Assembly: GCA_951406725.2 (NCBI GenBank)
Contig: OX597817.1
Span: 68,076,001-68,140,000 of the forward strand
Direction: 5' to 3'
DNA from: Octopus vulgaris
Lineage: Eukaryota
Length of the DNA stretch: 64,000 nucleotides
Part shown: one piece after another, positions 39,260 through 55,200 of the stretch
Layout: the number at the start of each line of letters is the position of its first letter
How positions within the stretch are numbered: position 1 is the stretch's first letter
The notes under the pieces: generated by a model
What the model was told of the DNA's origin: nothing
What the model saw: only the letters and a program-made list of their open reading frames with translations
The model's database searches: none
Position numbers and translations under genes: made by a program

Positions 39260-39788
39260 AGGACAGATAGACGATGCGAAGACGGAGAGGAAAAACAACA
39301 AAAAGACGGAAAGGACAAGACAAGGACGGGCCATTCGTGGCTTTCTCTCATCAGTCAAGTTTCCAGATTATCCTTACAGTTTCGGCTGGTTACACTTAAG
39401 ACTGTTCAAATTTGGTTGGCCCCAAAAATCCAAGCTAAGAGCGTTAAATATTTTGGGGAGAAAGCAAGCGACTGTGTATGACAACCAAGGCAAAAAAACC
39501 CCAAATAAAACCTCCGAAAAAACGGAGAAAATGTTACACAATTACAAATACAAATAACAAGAAAATAACAACAGGTGCCTTTCGACTAATCGAGACGAAT
39601 CAAGTTGAGCTGGCGTGTGAGGACTGAAAGCCTTGAGGCAGGAACATAGATGAACATAAGAGATAAATATTAGGAGACTGAGAAGAGAAGCCCACGAATG
39701 GCCCGTCCTTGATTTGTCCTGTCCGTCTTCGTATCGCCTATCTGTGTGGATGTTTTATTGTCGACTGTTGCATTCTTGTTCCAGTTAT
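39260..39788. mobile_element. Repeat family D element with inverted arms and a tail into (TA)n
   Basis: 39262-39356 is approximately the reverse complement of 39676-39750. Homologous to 7700-7950. Confidence 0.7.
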
Positions 39789-39842
39789 TTATATGTATAT
39801 ATACATATAGCAGCAAACGTACACTTTTACACCCTTTTTAAG

Positions 39843-39879
<37 letters not shown>

Positions 39880-40787
39880 ATATATATATGATATATATAT
39901 ATATATGATATATATATATATATATGATATATATATATATATGCATATACATATACAAACGTACATACGTATAACACACACACGCACACACATAAATTTA
40001 TATGAGAGCTATTAGAATTGAACCCAATTTATAAAAGCAGTGCGTCAATCAATCGTCGCAGCGTGCTCGTGTCCGCATTCCTGTATCCAAGTGACCTCGA
40101 TCCTATATCTAATGATAATTAAACTATGCCACGTCATCTGGTTAACGATTAACATGTGTAAGAGTGAATATAAGTCTGCTGCATTTGGTGATGTGTTGCA
40201 TGCGGACCAACGAAGAATTTGAAAGAGTGACGAGTTTGTACGAATTTCTGTTTCAAGTTAATGGTGAAGTGGTATTGTGTAGTCGATTAAATTGAGTGGG
40301 GCGAAAAACTTTACAGAATTTAACACATTATCAGATCAAAAGAAATCAATATGAGCTTGTGCATACACACACACACTCACACACACACACACACGAAAAA
40401 GCAGAAAACATAAAATTTTCATCGATAGATCATAATTAAATTACAATCAACAGCTGTTTCATGAGGAATAAATATATAAATATCGTCAATTTTATAATTG
40501 CCTAATTAAGATACATAATGAATTCATATAAATTAATTTATATTGAATCTTTTATAGCAGTGTTTATCCCAAATTATCAGTAATAAATACAATGAGCGCT
40601 ACGCTAGCCATAGGCTCGTTACTGGTTTAAATACGAGACAGAATAAATCAAATATATATATGTATGTATATATGCTTCTATGTATATATGTATGAATGTA
40701 TACGCACATATCTATGTATATATGCACACATATATACATGCATACACATACACACACACATATATATATACATATCCATATATATAA

Positions 40788-40876
<89 letters not shown>

Positions 40877-41477
40877 CATATGTATAATTGTATATGCATG
40901 CGTAAATGTGTATGCATACAAGTATATATATGTACATATAATAGATATAAGCTTATGTATATATGTGCATATATATGAATACACACACAGACACACACAC
41001 ACATATATATAAATATATATATATACTGTATAATTGTATATATATGTGTAAATGTGTATGCATATAGAAAGTATATATACATTTGCATATATGTGTATAT
41101 ATATAATTGTATATATAAACATACAGACACACATATAGTAATTAACTATATATTTGTGTACGTTGATGCTATAAAAAACCGGTTTCCTTTAAGCTGTGTA
41201 TCTCGTAACTGAGCTGTGAGATCGATAATATGGACTAAAATATGTTAAGGGTACGCCCCAGCATGGCCAGACTTCAATAAAGAATCAAAAGAAAATATAT
41301 AATGTGTCTGAATTTTAAGCATATATAAGAAATCTTTTTCGTTTCATTAAATTTTTGCTGTTGTTGTTGTTAATTTTTGTAACATCTAATTAATGCAAGC
41401 GTAAACAAGAAACTTGCAGAAAACCAAACAGTACACGTGACACTATAGATCACCGTTATTACCATTTCAGAGAATGT

Positions 41478-41509
<32 letters not shown>

Positions 41510-41610
41510 TGTATGTATGTATGTATGTATGTATGTATGTATGTATGTTTGTATGTATGTATGTATGAATGTATGCATGTATGCATGTATGTATACCACA
41601 AATGTGTGCG

Positions 41611-41658
<48 letters not shown>

Positions 41659-42248
41659 CACGCACAAACACATACATATCTGTAAGGCAATTATGGAGGT
41701 GAGAGTTTTCTGATTGGTTCATAGCTGAATCATGGTTTCTTTATGTTTATTATTTTCAAGTAATTTAAAGGCTAATAAGCATTTTGATTATCGTTATTAT
41801 TATAATTATAAGTTTGCTCTTTGGTTGTCTTTTTCTATATGATATTTTGTTTATTTTGTACTTTGCATGTATATATATATGTATATATATATATATATAT
41901 GTAAATATTTATGCAAGTATTTGGGTATGTACGTATATGTGCATTCATGCATGTGTGCGTACGATTATTCACGTATACTGTTTAGTTTTCAGCATTAGAA
42001 AATGTAAATGTATTGTATGCATCTGTGTATGTGTGTGTATGTTTGTTCACACCCACACACACACACGCACACTAACACCCACCCACACATATACACATAC
42101 ACACACGCACGCATACACACACGTATTCAAACATGTATATAGGTATGTATGTATATACATACATACATATAATATATATATATATATATAATTATATATA
42201 CATATATATGCATATATATATGTATACACATATACAAAAACATTTTTG

Positions 42249-42286
<38 letters not shown>

Positions 42287-42934
42287 TAACCACGTTAGTG
42301 TTTGTTTGCATTTATGTAGGTGAATGTGAGTGTGAGTGTGGGTGTGTTTCTGTTTATGACCAATACCATGCTTACATTTCTTATGAGCCATCAAAGCAGC
42401 CACGCGGTTGTTCAACTGATAAGAAATTGCATCCAAATATTCATTCAAACATTCCCTTTGCTTCTTCAAAGTTGATAAATACTTCTGGCAAAGTTATTTT
42501 GAATATATGGAAATAAAGGAGAAAAAACCCATGGCGAGGCTTGGATGTTACGGCTTGAATGGAGTTTCGTCATATAGAATTTTATTTCTTCTACGTGTGG
42601 GAATGCTATCAGAGAACAACGAAAACTACGACTAGGCAGTCTATAAAACTGATATAATTGTGTATGCATTTAAAAACGCCCGAAGGATCACAGTCATACA
42701 AGCAAAGAACACTACGTACAAAAACTCTATAAAAATACACATTACTAAAATAATTTTGGCAAGAGCAATAAAAGTAAACATCTAAACAAATTGTATATAA
42801 AAAAAGTAGTAATACTTTTCGCACAAAAATAACCTTTATACACCCAACACAGATTTATTCTAAACTCTACAACATTGAAAGTATCAAAAACACTTTTATA
42901 GAACTAAAACATTCTATTATTACATACGACTTTA

Positions 42935-43148
42935 AGGCGGAAAGCTAGCAGAATCGTTAGCACGCTGGACAAGATTCTTAGCGGCATTTTGCCCGTCTTT
43001 ACGTTCTGAGTTCAAATGAACCGAGATCGACTTTACCTTGCATCCTTTCCAGATTCATGAAATATGAACCAGCTGTACACTGGGGTTGAAGCAATCGATT
43101 TATCCCAACCCCTAAAATTGCTGGACCAGTACCATAATGTGAAACCAA
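42935..43148 (+). mobile_element. SINE family C
   Basis: aggcggaaagctagcagaatcgttagcacgc...gagttcaaat...tgaaacc. Confidence 0.82.
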
Positions 43149-43307
43149 TATCACATACGACTTTCACGTAACCTGAAGTACATCGATTTTTCAGAAATGT
43201 TGTTCCCAAAGTCTTTCCGAATTACTGATTATTTCCGAACCAGGGAACAAAATCTAAATTATGTCTTAAATTTACTTTAATAAATAGACAGAATACATCT
43301 ACATCTA

Positions 43308-44490
43308 CACAGACATGACAGAAGTAAATAGAGACTTATATAATCGTTAAAATTTATTTAAATCTGAAATTATTCATTCCAAATTATTTATTAACTATTA
43401 TAATATGAATGTCTAATTTTTAGTAGACATGTCCTTTGCCTTTTTCAAAACAAGGACCCTATAAGGCATGCTACTGATACGATGACGTATATTTTCTTGA
43501 GGAATTTCTTGCCAAGTATTATGTAATAATCTCAAAAGTTCTGGCTTTTAGGTTACTTTCTTGTTCTTTTTACGTAGTTCCCTGTCCATTATTCCTCAGA
43601 GGTGTTCAATAGGGGTTCATATCCGGTCACTGGCTTGGATTGGAAGCTTTTTAATGCCATTCTCTTCGAGCCAATCTTGGATCTTTTTAGCTCTGTGACA
43701 AGGAGCCCTATCTTTCATTAATAAAGAGTCTTCTTTAATAATTTCACCACTGGAGAAGATTGGAAGGAGTTCTTTCTACAATATGGACACATCTGAGTTT
43801 ATGTTACCCTCATACATCAACCATTGCTCCAAATTGCTCCGCAGTCCATTACAGAATAGCCGCCGCGTTTCCTTGTTGGCTGCGATCTTTTCACATCAAA
43901 TTCCTGATCACAGAGTCTCCAGGCAGCACTCGGGACTCATCAGAGAACATGACTGTGATCCAAAGTGCTAGTGGCCTCTCCACCATCGTACTAGCTCAAT
44001 CTTTCCTCCGCTTGATATTGGCTGGTCGAAGAAGTGGCTTCCTTCTTGCTGCTCTGCCGTAGTAGTCAAGTTTGCGGGGATACCTGACTACTGTTCTGGG
44101 ACTGATATTAACATGTTCTGCTATACCAGAGACCTTGCAACGAGGATTATCTTCCACATTTCTCTTAACAAAGTGAAGAGTCCTGTCAGAGGGCCTTCGT
44201 TAACTGGGTGAGGTGATGTGGACTCCTTCCCCTCTCTGGTGAATTGCGCAATCACTCTATTAACTGTAGAAAGCGGGATCCCAAGGTCTTCTGCAATTTT
44301 ACAGTGACTAAGTTCACATACAGATTGATCCACAATATGGCCTCTTTGAAATTCGGACAGGTCCAAGTCTTCTTTTGTACGTGACATGATTAAAAAGTCA
44401 CATATAGAACCTGAAGCATAAACATGTCAAGTTAAAATAACGATAAAACGTTGTTTTATTGGGTGTCTATTTACTTCTGCCAGGTCTGTG
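43308..44490 (-). mobile_element. Complete, inactive Tc1-family DNA transposon
   Basis: ~28-bp TIRs CACAGACMTGRCAGAAGTAAATAGASAC flanked by TA at 43306-43307 and 44491-44492. Confidence 0.93.
43418..44387 (-). pseudogene. Tc1 DDE transposase with stops and frameshifts
   Basis: Paired-like HTH (LSEFQRGHIV...IAEDLGIPLSTVNRVI), ARRKPLL, FSDES (43933-43947), KDRAPCH (~43695-43715), PDMNP/IEHL (~43600-43626). Confidence 0.9.
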
Positions 44491-46504
44491 TACATTAGTA
44501 TAAACGATGTAAGTTTATAAATACTGTATTTTTCAAGGTACAAATCTGTGTAAGCTACCTGTAAACTAGTCTGGTGTCCACGGGAATTTGAAGTTTTTGC
44601 TCGTAAATTAGTGCGGAGTATAAGCGATTTCGGACCATCAGTGTCCGGATAATTGGTTTTATACCGTTATGATTCAGAAAACACCGGATATTCTTCATCA
44701 TACTCAGATTAGACTAGATAGACTTTATCACAGCAGAGGAGTTCTCATCTACGTAAAATCAAGCATTTTTTTTTTTATCTAGATACATAAATAAAGTTCC
44801 CTTTTGTTAGTGTAAGTGCCATGGTTTATCAGAAGACTTACTTACACGTAAAAGCTTTCTTTTTTACCGCCTATGAAGAAACAAAGGCCATAACGTTTTA
44901 AAATGCTCTCCTAAATATTCGAATAAAAAAGTCAATGTGTTTTTAAACAGTAAACAGATAAAAAGGAAAAGAAAGTAATTTCCTCTACAGAATACATTTA
45001 TTTCATCTGAAGAAACATAATAAAATTTTGATATTTTTGACAGAAAATAAAATAATTTTAATCTTTTTAAACGGCACGACTAACGATAGCAGCAACATCA
45101 CACATAAGCATCCACTCCTCGTCAAGTGAAAGAATGGATGAAGTGTTTAAACTGGGAAACAAAGCGTTTCGAGCCTTTTTTTTTATAGCTGGAGCTACCT
45201 TAGACAGACTGGCTTTAAATTTGAATTGAAAGAGAAAATGTTTGCCGAGCAAAACTCAGTAACAAAGAAAGCTATATCCATATCTTAGTCATTTATTGAA
45301 TAAGGAGAGAAAATGAAAAGGAGTTATTACTGAATAAGCCACATGGACTATTCTTATGGTCCTAAAATGGCAATTATAGGAAGATGTTAAAAATACTATG
45401 AAACAATATTTCATATTCAGAACTCGTTGAGCTGTACGTTATACACCTGCCCAGAAGATCTTATTGCAATACCTGTGATGGTGCAACACATGATTAAAGT
45501 AAAGCATTTTGATGATAACATTGAGTCTTGATTTTTCGTCACTTTAGTGACGCAGTACGGTCAGGTGGTCACTGCCGAGGTAACCAGATGCTGTTATGTA
45601 GGTTCTGTGTGGATGTACATATGTTAATGATCTCCTGAAGACAATAGAACAATTTTGAGCCGTGCCGCGTGGTGGGCTCAGGAAGAAATTCTATGGGACA
45701 ACAGGTGCAGAACAGACAACCTAGTTGCTGTGGTTTTCATACCTGTAGTAGGAAAAGCCACCTGAGGGATTTCTGCCATGAGTAAATAGAGAAGTACGTG
45801 ATGAGACAGCAGCAGAAGCAGGTCTTGGAAGCTACTGTTCTAACAGTACTTATAGTTGCAACTCTGGAAATGGTGGAAAGGGAGAATGCTGTGCCCTTCA
45901 TTCCAAGAACGGACAAGCAAGCTGAGTAACCTTCTCTTGAGCATAATCAGCGTTGACACTTCGTGCAGCAAAGAGGAGGGATAGCGCAAAAACGATAGAG
46001 ATACCAAATTGCTGGAAATCGCAGGAAGAGCAAGAAACAGAAATCTCTCAAAAACATTTTCAGCCTAAGAGAGAGAGTGACATATTGCATAATGAAGAAT
46101 CCATCAGCTCAAGACTGAATAAAATTCATGGTTCTTCGCACAAGAAACAAAGAACTGATGGAACATCTGAATGAAATGAGAAGAGGAACGTCGTAATAAA
46201 GTATCGACTGAGGAGTAGATTACCACACCTGGATGATAAGACTGTCAGTTAAAAGTACACTATTAGTTTATGATAATCTCATGTGCAACTGCTTAGAAGA
46301 CCTGGAAATTTCTTGCCCAGTTCGCCACTAAGATAATTACAGGTACCTTTGTGTGAACCAATTTTAAAGAGTCATGGGTAGCCAATATCGTAGGATGTGC
46401 TGCCTTAATATAACTGTTAGGTATTCAGTCGTATGCGGTTGGGTTAACCCAATATATGTTTCATGGTTTAAAGTTTTATCTTGATTTAATTATTCTGTGG
46501 AAGA

Positions 46505-46700
46505 CTCGCTGGAGCATCGGCGAAAATGACTTGCGGTAATAAATCTGGCTTCTTATCACTTGAGGTCAAATGCATCGTGGCCAACTGACCTCCATCCTTT
46601 CGTCTTCAATAAAACAAATCACCAATATAATATAAGGCTCTACCTAATCGATTAACCCTTCCCCTCAAAGTTGCTGGTTTTCTATCTAAATTAGAAACAA
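46505..46700 (+). mobile_element. Diverged SINE family C
   Basis: cctccatcctttcg...aatcgattaacccttcccctcaaagttgctgg...aaattagaaac. Confidence 0.55.
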
Positions 46701-47200
46701 TTACCATGTACTTCTAATTTCTAATCAAATATGTTTTCTCTAATGTACATCCATATCTGTCCATTGCTAGGCGTCTTTACTTCTTCCCTCGTCTTTGTAT
46801 AATTATATTTTGTCTATTCCAATGCGTTTGTAACTCCATGTTCGAGGATTTTCTTTTGTATGTATGAGTAAACACATGGAAGCAATTTAATGAATCAATG
46901 ATTTTGGGACGGTGAATTGGCAAAATGGGGTCTATAGTTTTGTAGGTGTGAATGCTATTTAGAATGGTGCCTTACACAAAAATATATTATTCCACTTTAG
47001 AAAACAGCACAAAATGCTGGCTAGTACTTGCCAAGTTGCCAAACCTATGTACTGTACAAGAAGAAGAAAAAGAAAAGAGCACCCAAATATTTCCAGAACA
47101 TGTAAGTTTCTGAATGAAATACCTTTAGCTTGTGTTAACACGACCTTCCCTCACCATCACAAATCACACACTGCCTCATACACTGATAACATTGTACATA

Positions 47201-47417
47201 CGACGGGGTGCTGAAAAGTTCCGGGTATTGGGTAAAAGAAAATACAGGAGGATCGGTTATTCAAGATTTTATTCAGCATATTACCCTCTCAGATTCAGAC
47301 ACTTATTGCAGCAGTTCTTCAGTTTCTCTAAGCCCTGTAAAAGAGCCCGGAAGGTTGGGCCTTCAACCAGGCCTTTCACGACACCCTGAAAGCCAGGATC
47401 GTTTCAGCTCACCGTCG
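47201..47417. mobile_element. mariner-type MITE
   Basis: TIR CGAxGGGGTGCTGAAAAGTTCC..., TA flanks; homologues at 61987-62167 and 63772-63940. Confidence 0.8.
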
Positions 47418-47809
47418 TATATCTGTTAATATACCTGTCTTCGGTGTGAGGTATATTTCTTATTGAGTAGAATAGTTCGTGGTAAATGATGTTCTCCGGC
47501 GTTAATGATAAGGCGATAAGATGGGAATTAGCGAATTTTGTAGAAACTCCTTTAGACCAGTTGTTGCAGAACCAAGTTTCTATGTGACTAATGGGGGTTG
47601 GAGTAATTGTTCAGCAGTGTCTTGAGAATTACTGGTGGATGTAGGAGGGGGTACACACACAAACATACATATGTGTGTGTCTGAAAGTATCGACACATAT
47701 CCGTACCTACGAAACTGACAATGTGAAGGTGTGTCGTAGTTTTTCTTTTTTCTCTTCCACTCCACCTATGTTTGTCTTTGTGCATATATAGAAGCATATA
47801 TTTATATAA

Positions 47810-47849
<40 letters not shown>

Positions 47850-48769
47850 TTATATAAATATATGCATGTATATGTGTATGCATATAGGCGTGTGTGTACA
47901 CGGGCATACGTGTGTGATATTTCACTTTATGCGAATGAGCCACCTTCCTTCTGCATATACAAGTAAAACAAACAATTAAATATATACACGTATGTACACC
48001 CTCCCCCCCACACACACACATACACAAACACACATGTTAACACACAAATGCATGGACACATGTAAATATCTATACGGTAGTAGATACGTTTCAGTTACAT
48101 AGACAGTTTTAGATGTAGATATTTATTTCAAACCTTTACCTAAAATGTCCCCCATCTCTAAGTGTCTGTCTGCATGCGCGCATGCGTGTGTGTGTGTATT
48201 TGCGTTTGTGAGTGCAAACGGAATATCTATGTCTCGCAACCGTGGTTTCAAGCCACTGCAGTCTCCAGGCGACATCCTAAGATTAAAATGGTGTGAAACT
48301 CGAGTCACGAAACCAAGAAATTCATTTGAAATAAACGAATACAACCTGTATTGACTACTAACCTCCTCCTACATTGTCAAAATAAATCACTCGAACGAAT
48401 ATATATGTGTGTCTATAGGTATATTTGTAAGCGCGTGAGCGTGTTTGTGTATGTGTGCATATGTGTGTAGTTAAAGTTTGTGTTAACTTTATATAATGCG
48501 GGGACCATGAAAAAGCTAACTATACCTAATTATGCGGCAATGAAAAAACAATATTTGTCATTGAATACATGAAACGAAAATTCCATCTCTATAGTTTCAT
48601 GGCATACCAATTCTATAGCAAGCCGATACTGATTATAATCAGGCAATTACAAGAAGTCTCTGACCAAACGCTCTAATCTGTGTGGATGGATGTGTTGGGT
48701 ATACATCTGGGCGTGTGTTTCCCTGTCTTTGTGTTGCGTGTGGAGTGGGTGGGTGTTTGTATGTATGTA

Positions 48770-48815
<46 letters not shown>

Positions 48816-48940
48816 TATACATATATACACACACATATGTACATATCTATATATATATATTCATATATAATGTATACATAGAAATATATGTATATGCATG
48901 TATGTATGTATGTATGTATGTATGTTTGTATATCTACATC

Positions 48941-49021
<81 letters not shown>

Positions 49022-49034
49022 ATGCATACGTAGG

Positions 49035-49081
<47 letters not shown>

Positions 49082-49168
49082 GTGTGTGTCCGTGAGTGTC
49101 TGGGTGCGTGTATGTATGACCCATTGTAAGTTAGTGTGTGTTTACTCTACGTGTAAGTGTAAGTGTAA

Positions 49169-49215
<47 letters not shown>

Positions 49216-49542
49216 TGTGTGAGTGCTTTCTTAGCAATGACTCGAAATGAAATATTGCTTCTTGCAACTCGCTAAGATAATTAGAAATGAATAATTTTAC
49301 CATAAAGTTTTCTTAATGAGCTATAAAATGATTAAGTAATATCGATACACGCACATTGACAAAGAAAGAGATAGAGAGGGAAAAGAGCAAGAGGGAGAAA
49401 AAAAGGAGATAGAGAAAGACAGAAAAATAAGAGAGGGGGAAAAGAGCTAGAGAGGGAAGGAGCTAGAGATTGAGATGAAGGATAGCTACACATATATATG
49501 CACATTGTAGATACATACAAACACACCCACATACATATATAC

Positions 49543-49677
<135 letters not shown>

Positions 49678-50093
49678 CAAAGAGAAAGAGAGGGAAAGAG
49701 AGAGAGAGAGAGGTTCATATGCATACACACACAAACGCATATATATGTATGTGTACATGTATATGTATGTATATACATATACGTTGTAAGTGTGTGTATA
49801 CGCATACACTGTGTGAGCGTGTATATGTATGCATATACATACACGCCATCGCAAACGCACAAGGTAATATAAATATACAAGATAAGCGAATGAAATTAAA
49901 GAGGCAATGAGATTTAGTAGACGATAGACTATATATTACAATATAGATATATGTTATATGAGAGAGTTGTGATTTGATAACTAAAGTGCTAGAGATAGAT
50001 ATAGAGATTGTTTGATAAATAGGTGTACATGTGTAAATATGTAGTCATCACACACGCATAAACGTATAGGTATACACGCATATTCATATACGA

Positions 50094-50155
<62 letters not shown>

Positions 50156-50340
50156 ACACACACACACACACTGATTTATATACACATATTTGTATATATC
50201 TATACACGTGCCTAAAATCTTTGTATGTGAATATGTGTATATCTGTATATATATTCACATTCACATACGTTTATAAGCACACACAAACGCATAGACATAC
50301 ATACATATACATATCTATATATATTCACACACTCTCAAAC

Positions 50341-50440
<100 letters not shown>

Positions 50441-51379
50441 CACACACATATATATATATAGAGAGAGAGGAAGAAAGGGAGCGGGAGAAGAGAGTGGAGA
50501 AGTAGGGAGGATTGACAGTGAGAGAATCAGAATACAGACTTTATTAACAAGATGGGGTGACGCTGTCCATAGTAAGTGCTTAAACTGTGAGACCGTCTCC
50601 TCCCCCTTTTAACATTATACGCAGCTTAATATTGGTTAATGGCCGATTGTTAAATTTGATGTTTTTGTTTGATTCTCGTCTTTACAGACTGTTTGAGGAG
50701 TAGAATTAGGTGTTGGTATAAGGATGTGACGATGAACTTTTAATGGCAAGATAAATAAATAAATAAATCAGTAAACAAATAATAGGCGAAAATGATGCCA
50801 TTTTCCCCAGAATTTGGTGAGAGACCCGTTATAATAAAGGTGAGACATAAAAATGAGAGGTGAGGGTGAAATCAAGCGTAAAATAATAAATATATAAAGA
50901 TAACAAAATAAAAGAACATTAAAACAATGCCGGCTAATTCATTGGCTTGAAAATGGAATTATATAGACAATAGTCATTTTCAGAGATACTGTCAGATTGA
51001 GAAACAATAGATACGTTATTGCTAACATACTTCCATCCACCTATCTTCTCCGCCTACTATTCCTGGGAGAGTCAGGAACCTCCTTCTTTGGCTCCTGTCA
51101 GATGTAATCGTCATTAAACTTTCCGGCTAGAATCCCAAGCGTGACAAACTGAGATTATGGATATTATGGATATTGTCCAACCATTTTGTTCCTGGCTAAC
51201 CCTTGGGTCTCCTGCCGGTTGGCTTGATTTAAAGAATCTGTCTCATGATACTTTCCTGTGACATACTAATCACATGTTCTTAATACTAGAGCTATAATCT
51301 TTCAATGCGTCAGCATTTGATCCTTAGAAAAGGAAAATTTGGTAAAAAAAAGATGAAAGAAAAGAAAAAAAGCCAAACA

Positions 51380-51560
51380 CGCCACCTTCAATATGGTTTT
51401 CGTACCTATATTCGCCTATGGAGACGGTTAGCACGGAAAGAATAATGACTAAAAGAATACGATCGTGAACACAAGCGGCTAAATGTAGTTCTTCCAAAGA
51501 ACCTCTGTTATAACATTACTCGATAGGGAGCGCTATTCGAAGATCTCTCCAGGTTGAGCT
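51380..51560 (+). pseudogene. Short decayed RTE-clade LINE fragment
   Basis: VFVPIFAYG...MTKRIRS*TQAA...TLLDRE, matching the RTE post-RT motif pattern. Confidence 0.6.
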
Positions 51561-52236
51561 AACAATTAAAGTATTAAAATGTGTAACTAGGAGGCTTGGA
51601 AAGAAATATATAATTGAAATCTATAATAATCACTGATTAATGTAATTTAAACTTTTTTCCCGCTAAGCACGTGAGACATCACTGGACATGTTTAATTTTA
51701 TTCTGACCCCATCGGCGAAAAAAACTCCCTTCGTAGTGATGAAGTAACCAGAAAGTATAGTGCAATATTTAGTATTAGTTACTTTTTTAAAATATAGAAA
51801 TATTTACCGAATAAAGCAGAGATAGCATCTTCATGGAAGAGTATACTAAAGATAATGCTCCATTTGTCGTGATGATATATTTGGCATTGTACGAATAAGC
51901 CGACAGCAATCTTCCTCTTTCTTTCTCATATACAAATAAAACATGTAATTAAATATGTACACGCACACACACACACAACACACACTCATCCACTTTCTCT
52001 GCCACTCACTTTCACTCCCATCCTCTCTCTCTCACATACTCACAAACACACATTCTCATTCACAAGTATATGAACACATACAAACAGCTATACAGCAGTA
52101 GATACGTTCCCATTACACAAATATTACACAGATATTCATAATACAGTTTTAAACAAAAACTTCAATTACAAACCTCTACACAAAATATCCAGCGTTTTAT
52201 AAGTATATGCGTGTATGTATATGTTGTGCGTGTGTC

Positions 52237-55200
52237 TGTTGTAATCCTTAATGCCGGATTGTTATAACGTCCACTCACGTATATCAGTATAGTTAGTAAG
52301 ACAAGTAAGACCACGACAAGCTATGACCGTCTACTTCATACTCTCACTTTATATTGACCGACGTCACCTTATTTATAGAGACTAGCACATACCACTCGTC
52401 ACGTGGGAGGGTGTATTATTATTACTGTTATTCCCACAACATATCCCCTTTTATGTTTTCTTTTTAGGGAGTGACATTTTATTTCTTCTAATAGTAATAC
52501 TTTTTATATTACCCACCTCTCTTTTTTGAGTTGTTTTTTCTTCTTGGTTACACATTTAATATTTTTTCAGTTTGGCATCCACTTTCAGGAACTCTGTACA
52601 TTTTCTTTTTCTTATGCTTGTGCGTCTGGGTCCAATCACCTGTAGAGGCGTTTTTACTTGAAAAGTATCATATTACCATTCTATTGGTCCTTCTATTCTC
52701 TTGGGTTCGCTCTCAACGAATCTTTTTTTCAGTTGGTTCATGTGTCTCTTGTATACGTTTTTTCTACTTTATATCAAGTATAGCATTTTTCCTATGCGTT
52801 TGGTAATCACGCCATCTTCGCAACTCTGTTTTCCGTTCTTATGTGCCCTCACAAATACCTTTTCACCAATTTTGAAAAATCTTGCTGTATTTTCCCTTGC
52901 AATTTTTCTTCTTTTCCCCGGTAAAAATTTGTTAAAGACTGATTTTATTTTCCTCGCAAACATCAGCTCCGCCGGTAACACAACTGCAGGTGTATTTGGA
53001 TTTGGTGACACACAGTATACAGCTACCTCATCTGTGACTTCTTTATTCGATTTTCTTAGGGCTCCCTTGAACGTATCGACAAAGCGTTTTGCTTGTCCGT
53101 TGTTTTTTTTACACTTACAAATTTCTGGCCATTTAGAGAAACTATTAAGTACCATTTAGTATGAACCGTTTAAAGGACCAGTGAAATCGATGTGTAGTCT
53201 CGACCACGGAACATTTACTTTTGGCCAGGCTTCACTTTTTATCGTCGGTATTTTGCCGCTAGAGCACATCCTCTACAGCCTTTCACTAAAGTTTCGATTT
53301 CTCTGTCCACTTTTGGCCAGTACACGTAGCTACGCACTAAAGCTTTTATCCTCGAAATACCAATATATCAAACATGAAATTTCCTCAACATTTTCTTTTG
53401 TAGTGCTTCAGGTATCACTACTCTCTGTGCTTACATCAGTACGCCATTACAAATTGAGTATAGGTTCACGTCTTGGTTTGGTTTCGTACCAATCATGTTC
53501 CTATTTATTTTTTCCTACCACAGTGTTCTTTTCAGTTCTGTTACGAATTTGTCCTTTACTGCATTTCGCTTTATGTCTTCTAGGGTTAGCGGTAATTCGC
53601 GTACCACATTCCACGTTACATTTTTATTTCTCTCTCTGCTTTTACAGCTACGATTACTGTATCTTCGAATGGCTCGCAATGTTTCGCTATCAGTCTGGAC
53701 AAACCATCCGCATGCCCCAATTATTTTGACGGTAAATATTCCATTTTGTTGTCATACTTCAATAATATAGTGTCACATCACTGTAGTCCATTCGCTGTGT
53801 GTTGGTATTACATTTTTAGAACCATATATTGATAGTAGTGGACGATGATCCATTTGTAGACAGAAATTTCTTCCATGTATCAATCTATGGAATGTTTCGA
53901 CATCGAATAGGATTGCTAACGCTTCCTTTTCTATCTGACTTAGTTCATTTCAGCTGGTAATAACGATCGTGACTCATAGGCAATAGCTTTTTACTCCCAT
54001 CGTCATATTTGTGCAGAAGCACGGCTCCTACACCATAATCATTCGTATCTGTAGCCAATGTATTTATCCAACTTTGCATCAAAATGCGTTAACAATAAGT
54101 CCGATGATAAAATGCTTTTTAACTATTCAAATGCCTTCTGGCACTTATCAGTCCAACACTGTTTTGTATTTTTCTTTAACAGATCATTGAACGGGGCCCT
54201 TACATTAGGTATCTTGGGAATGTAAATTTGATAATAATATTCTAAATCCAGGAATGCTTGTAGCATAGTCACATTATTCGGTGTGGGTATATTTTTTATC
54301 GCAGTTGCTCTCGATGGATGCGGATTTCGTCCGCTTTTATCTATTATCTGGTCCAAATATTTAATTTTTCTTCCATTAACTTGAAACCGTATTCTCTAAT
54401 CTTTTCGAATACCCTTTCAACGTGTTTTACATGTTGTTCATGTGAGTCCCTTTTTAGCAGAATATCGTCTAAATAGGTGACAGCGAAATCACAGTCACCC
54501 AGCATTGTATCAACTACTTGCTGAAATATGGAAGGAGTCACTTTTATACCGAAGGCAAGTCACTTAAATTTAAATAAGCAACAGTGTGTATAAATTGTTA
54601 ATAAGTGTGAGTATTCTTCTTCTATTTGGATTTCTAGATATGCCTCCGACAGGTCTAATTTTGAGAAGAATTTCTCTCCATTCAATTTTGTAAACACTTC
54701 ATCAGGACTCGGCAATGGGTAGTTATGTGAGATTAAGTAATCCAATCTTTCAACTCTGCACAATCTCTTAACATAGTATTTTTCTTCCGTCTTCTCGATT
54801 ATTTCTAGGCTCAAGTCTTTCAAATTTCTTGTTTACCTGGTCTATTGCCGCAAACGGCACATTCCATTTTGGCTTAGATACAGGTGTTGCTCTTCGTTTT
54901 ACTGCAATTTCTGCCTTTGTTTTCGTGCAACAGTGACTAGCATATTTGATGTATTCCTTCTAGTTGCTCTTCTCTAGATTCAAACATTTCCAACGTGTAT
55001 TGAGCAACGAGCTTTTCTCACTAAAAATTTTACACAATGTGTCTACTGTATCATTAAAGTTTATGTGAGAAGGCTTTTTTTTCGAGAGTATATAGTTACT
55101 GTAACGCTCATATGTTCTCCTGCTGCCAATTTTCTTAAGATTAAATGCGTTTTCATATTGTCGTCTCAGTTCTTGCACTCTTTATTGAAGATTTGTTTGT

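Noticed and set aside
45400-46400. Moderately GC-rich stretch with a short ORF (45953..46174)
   Set aside because: No motif could be recognised; possibly an old TE remnant.
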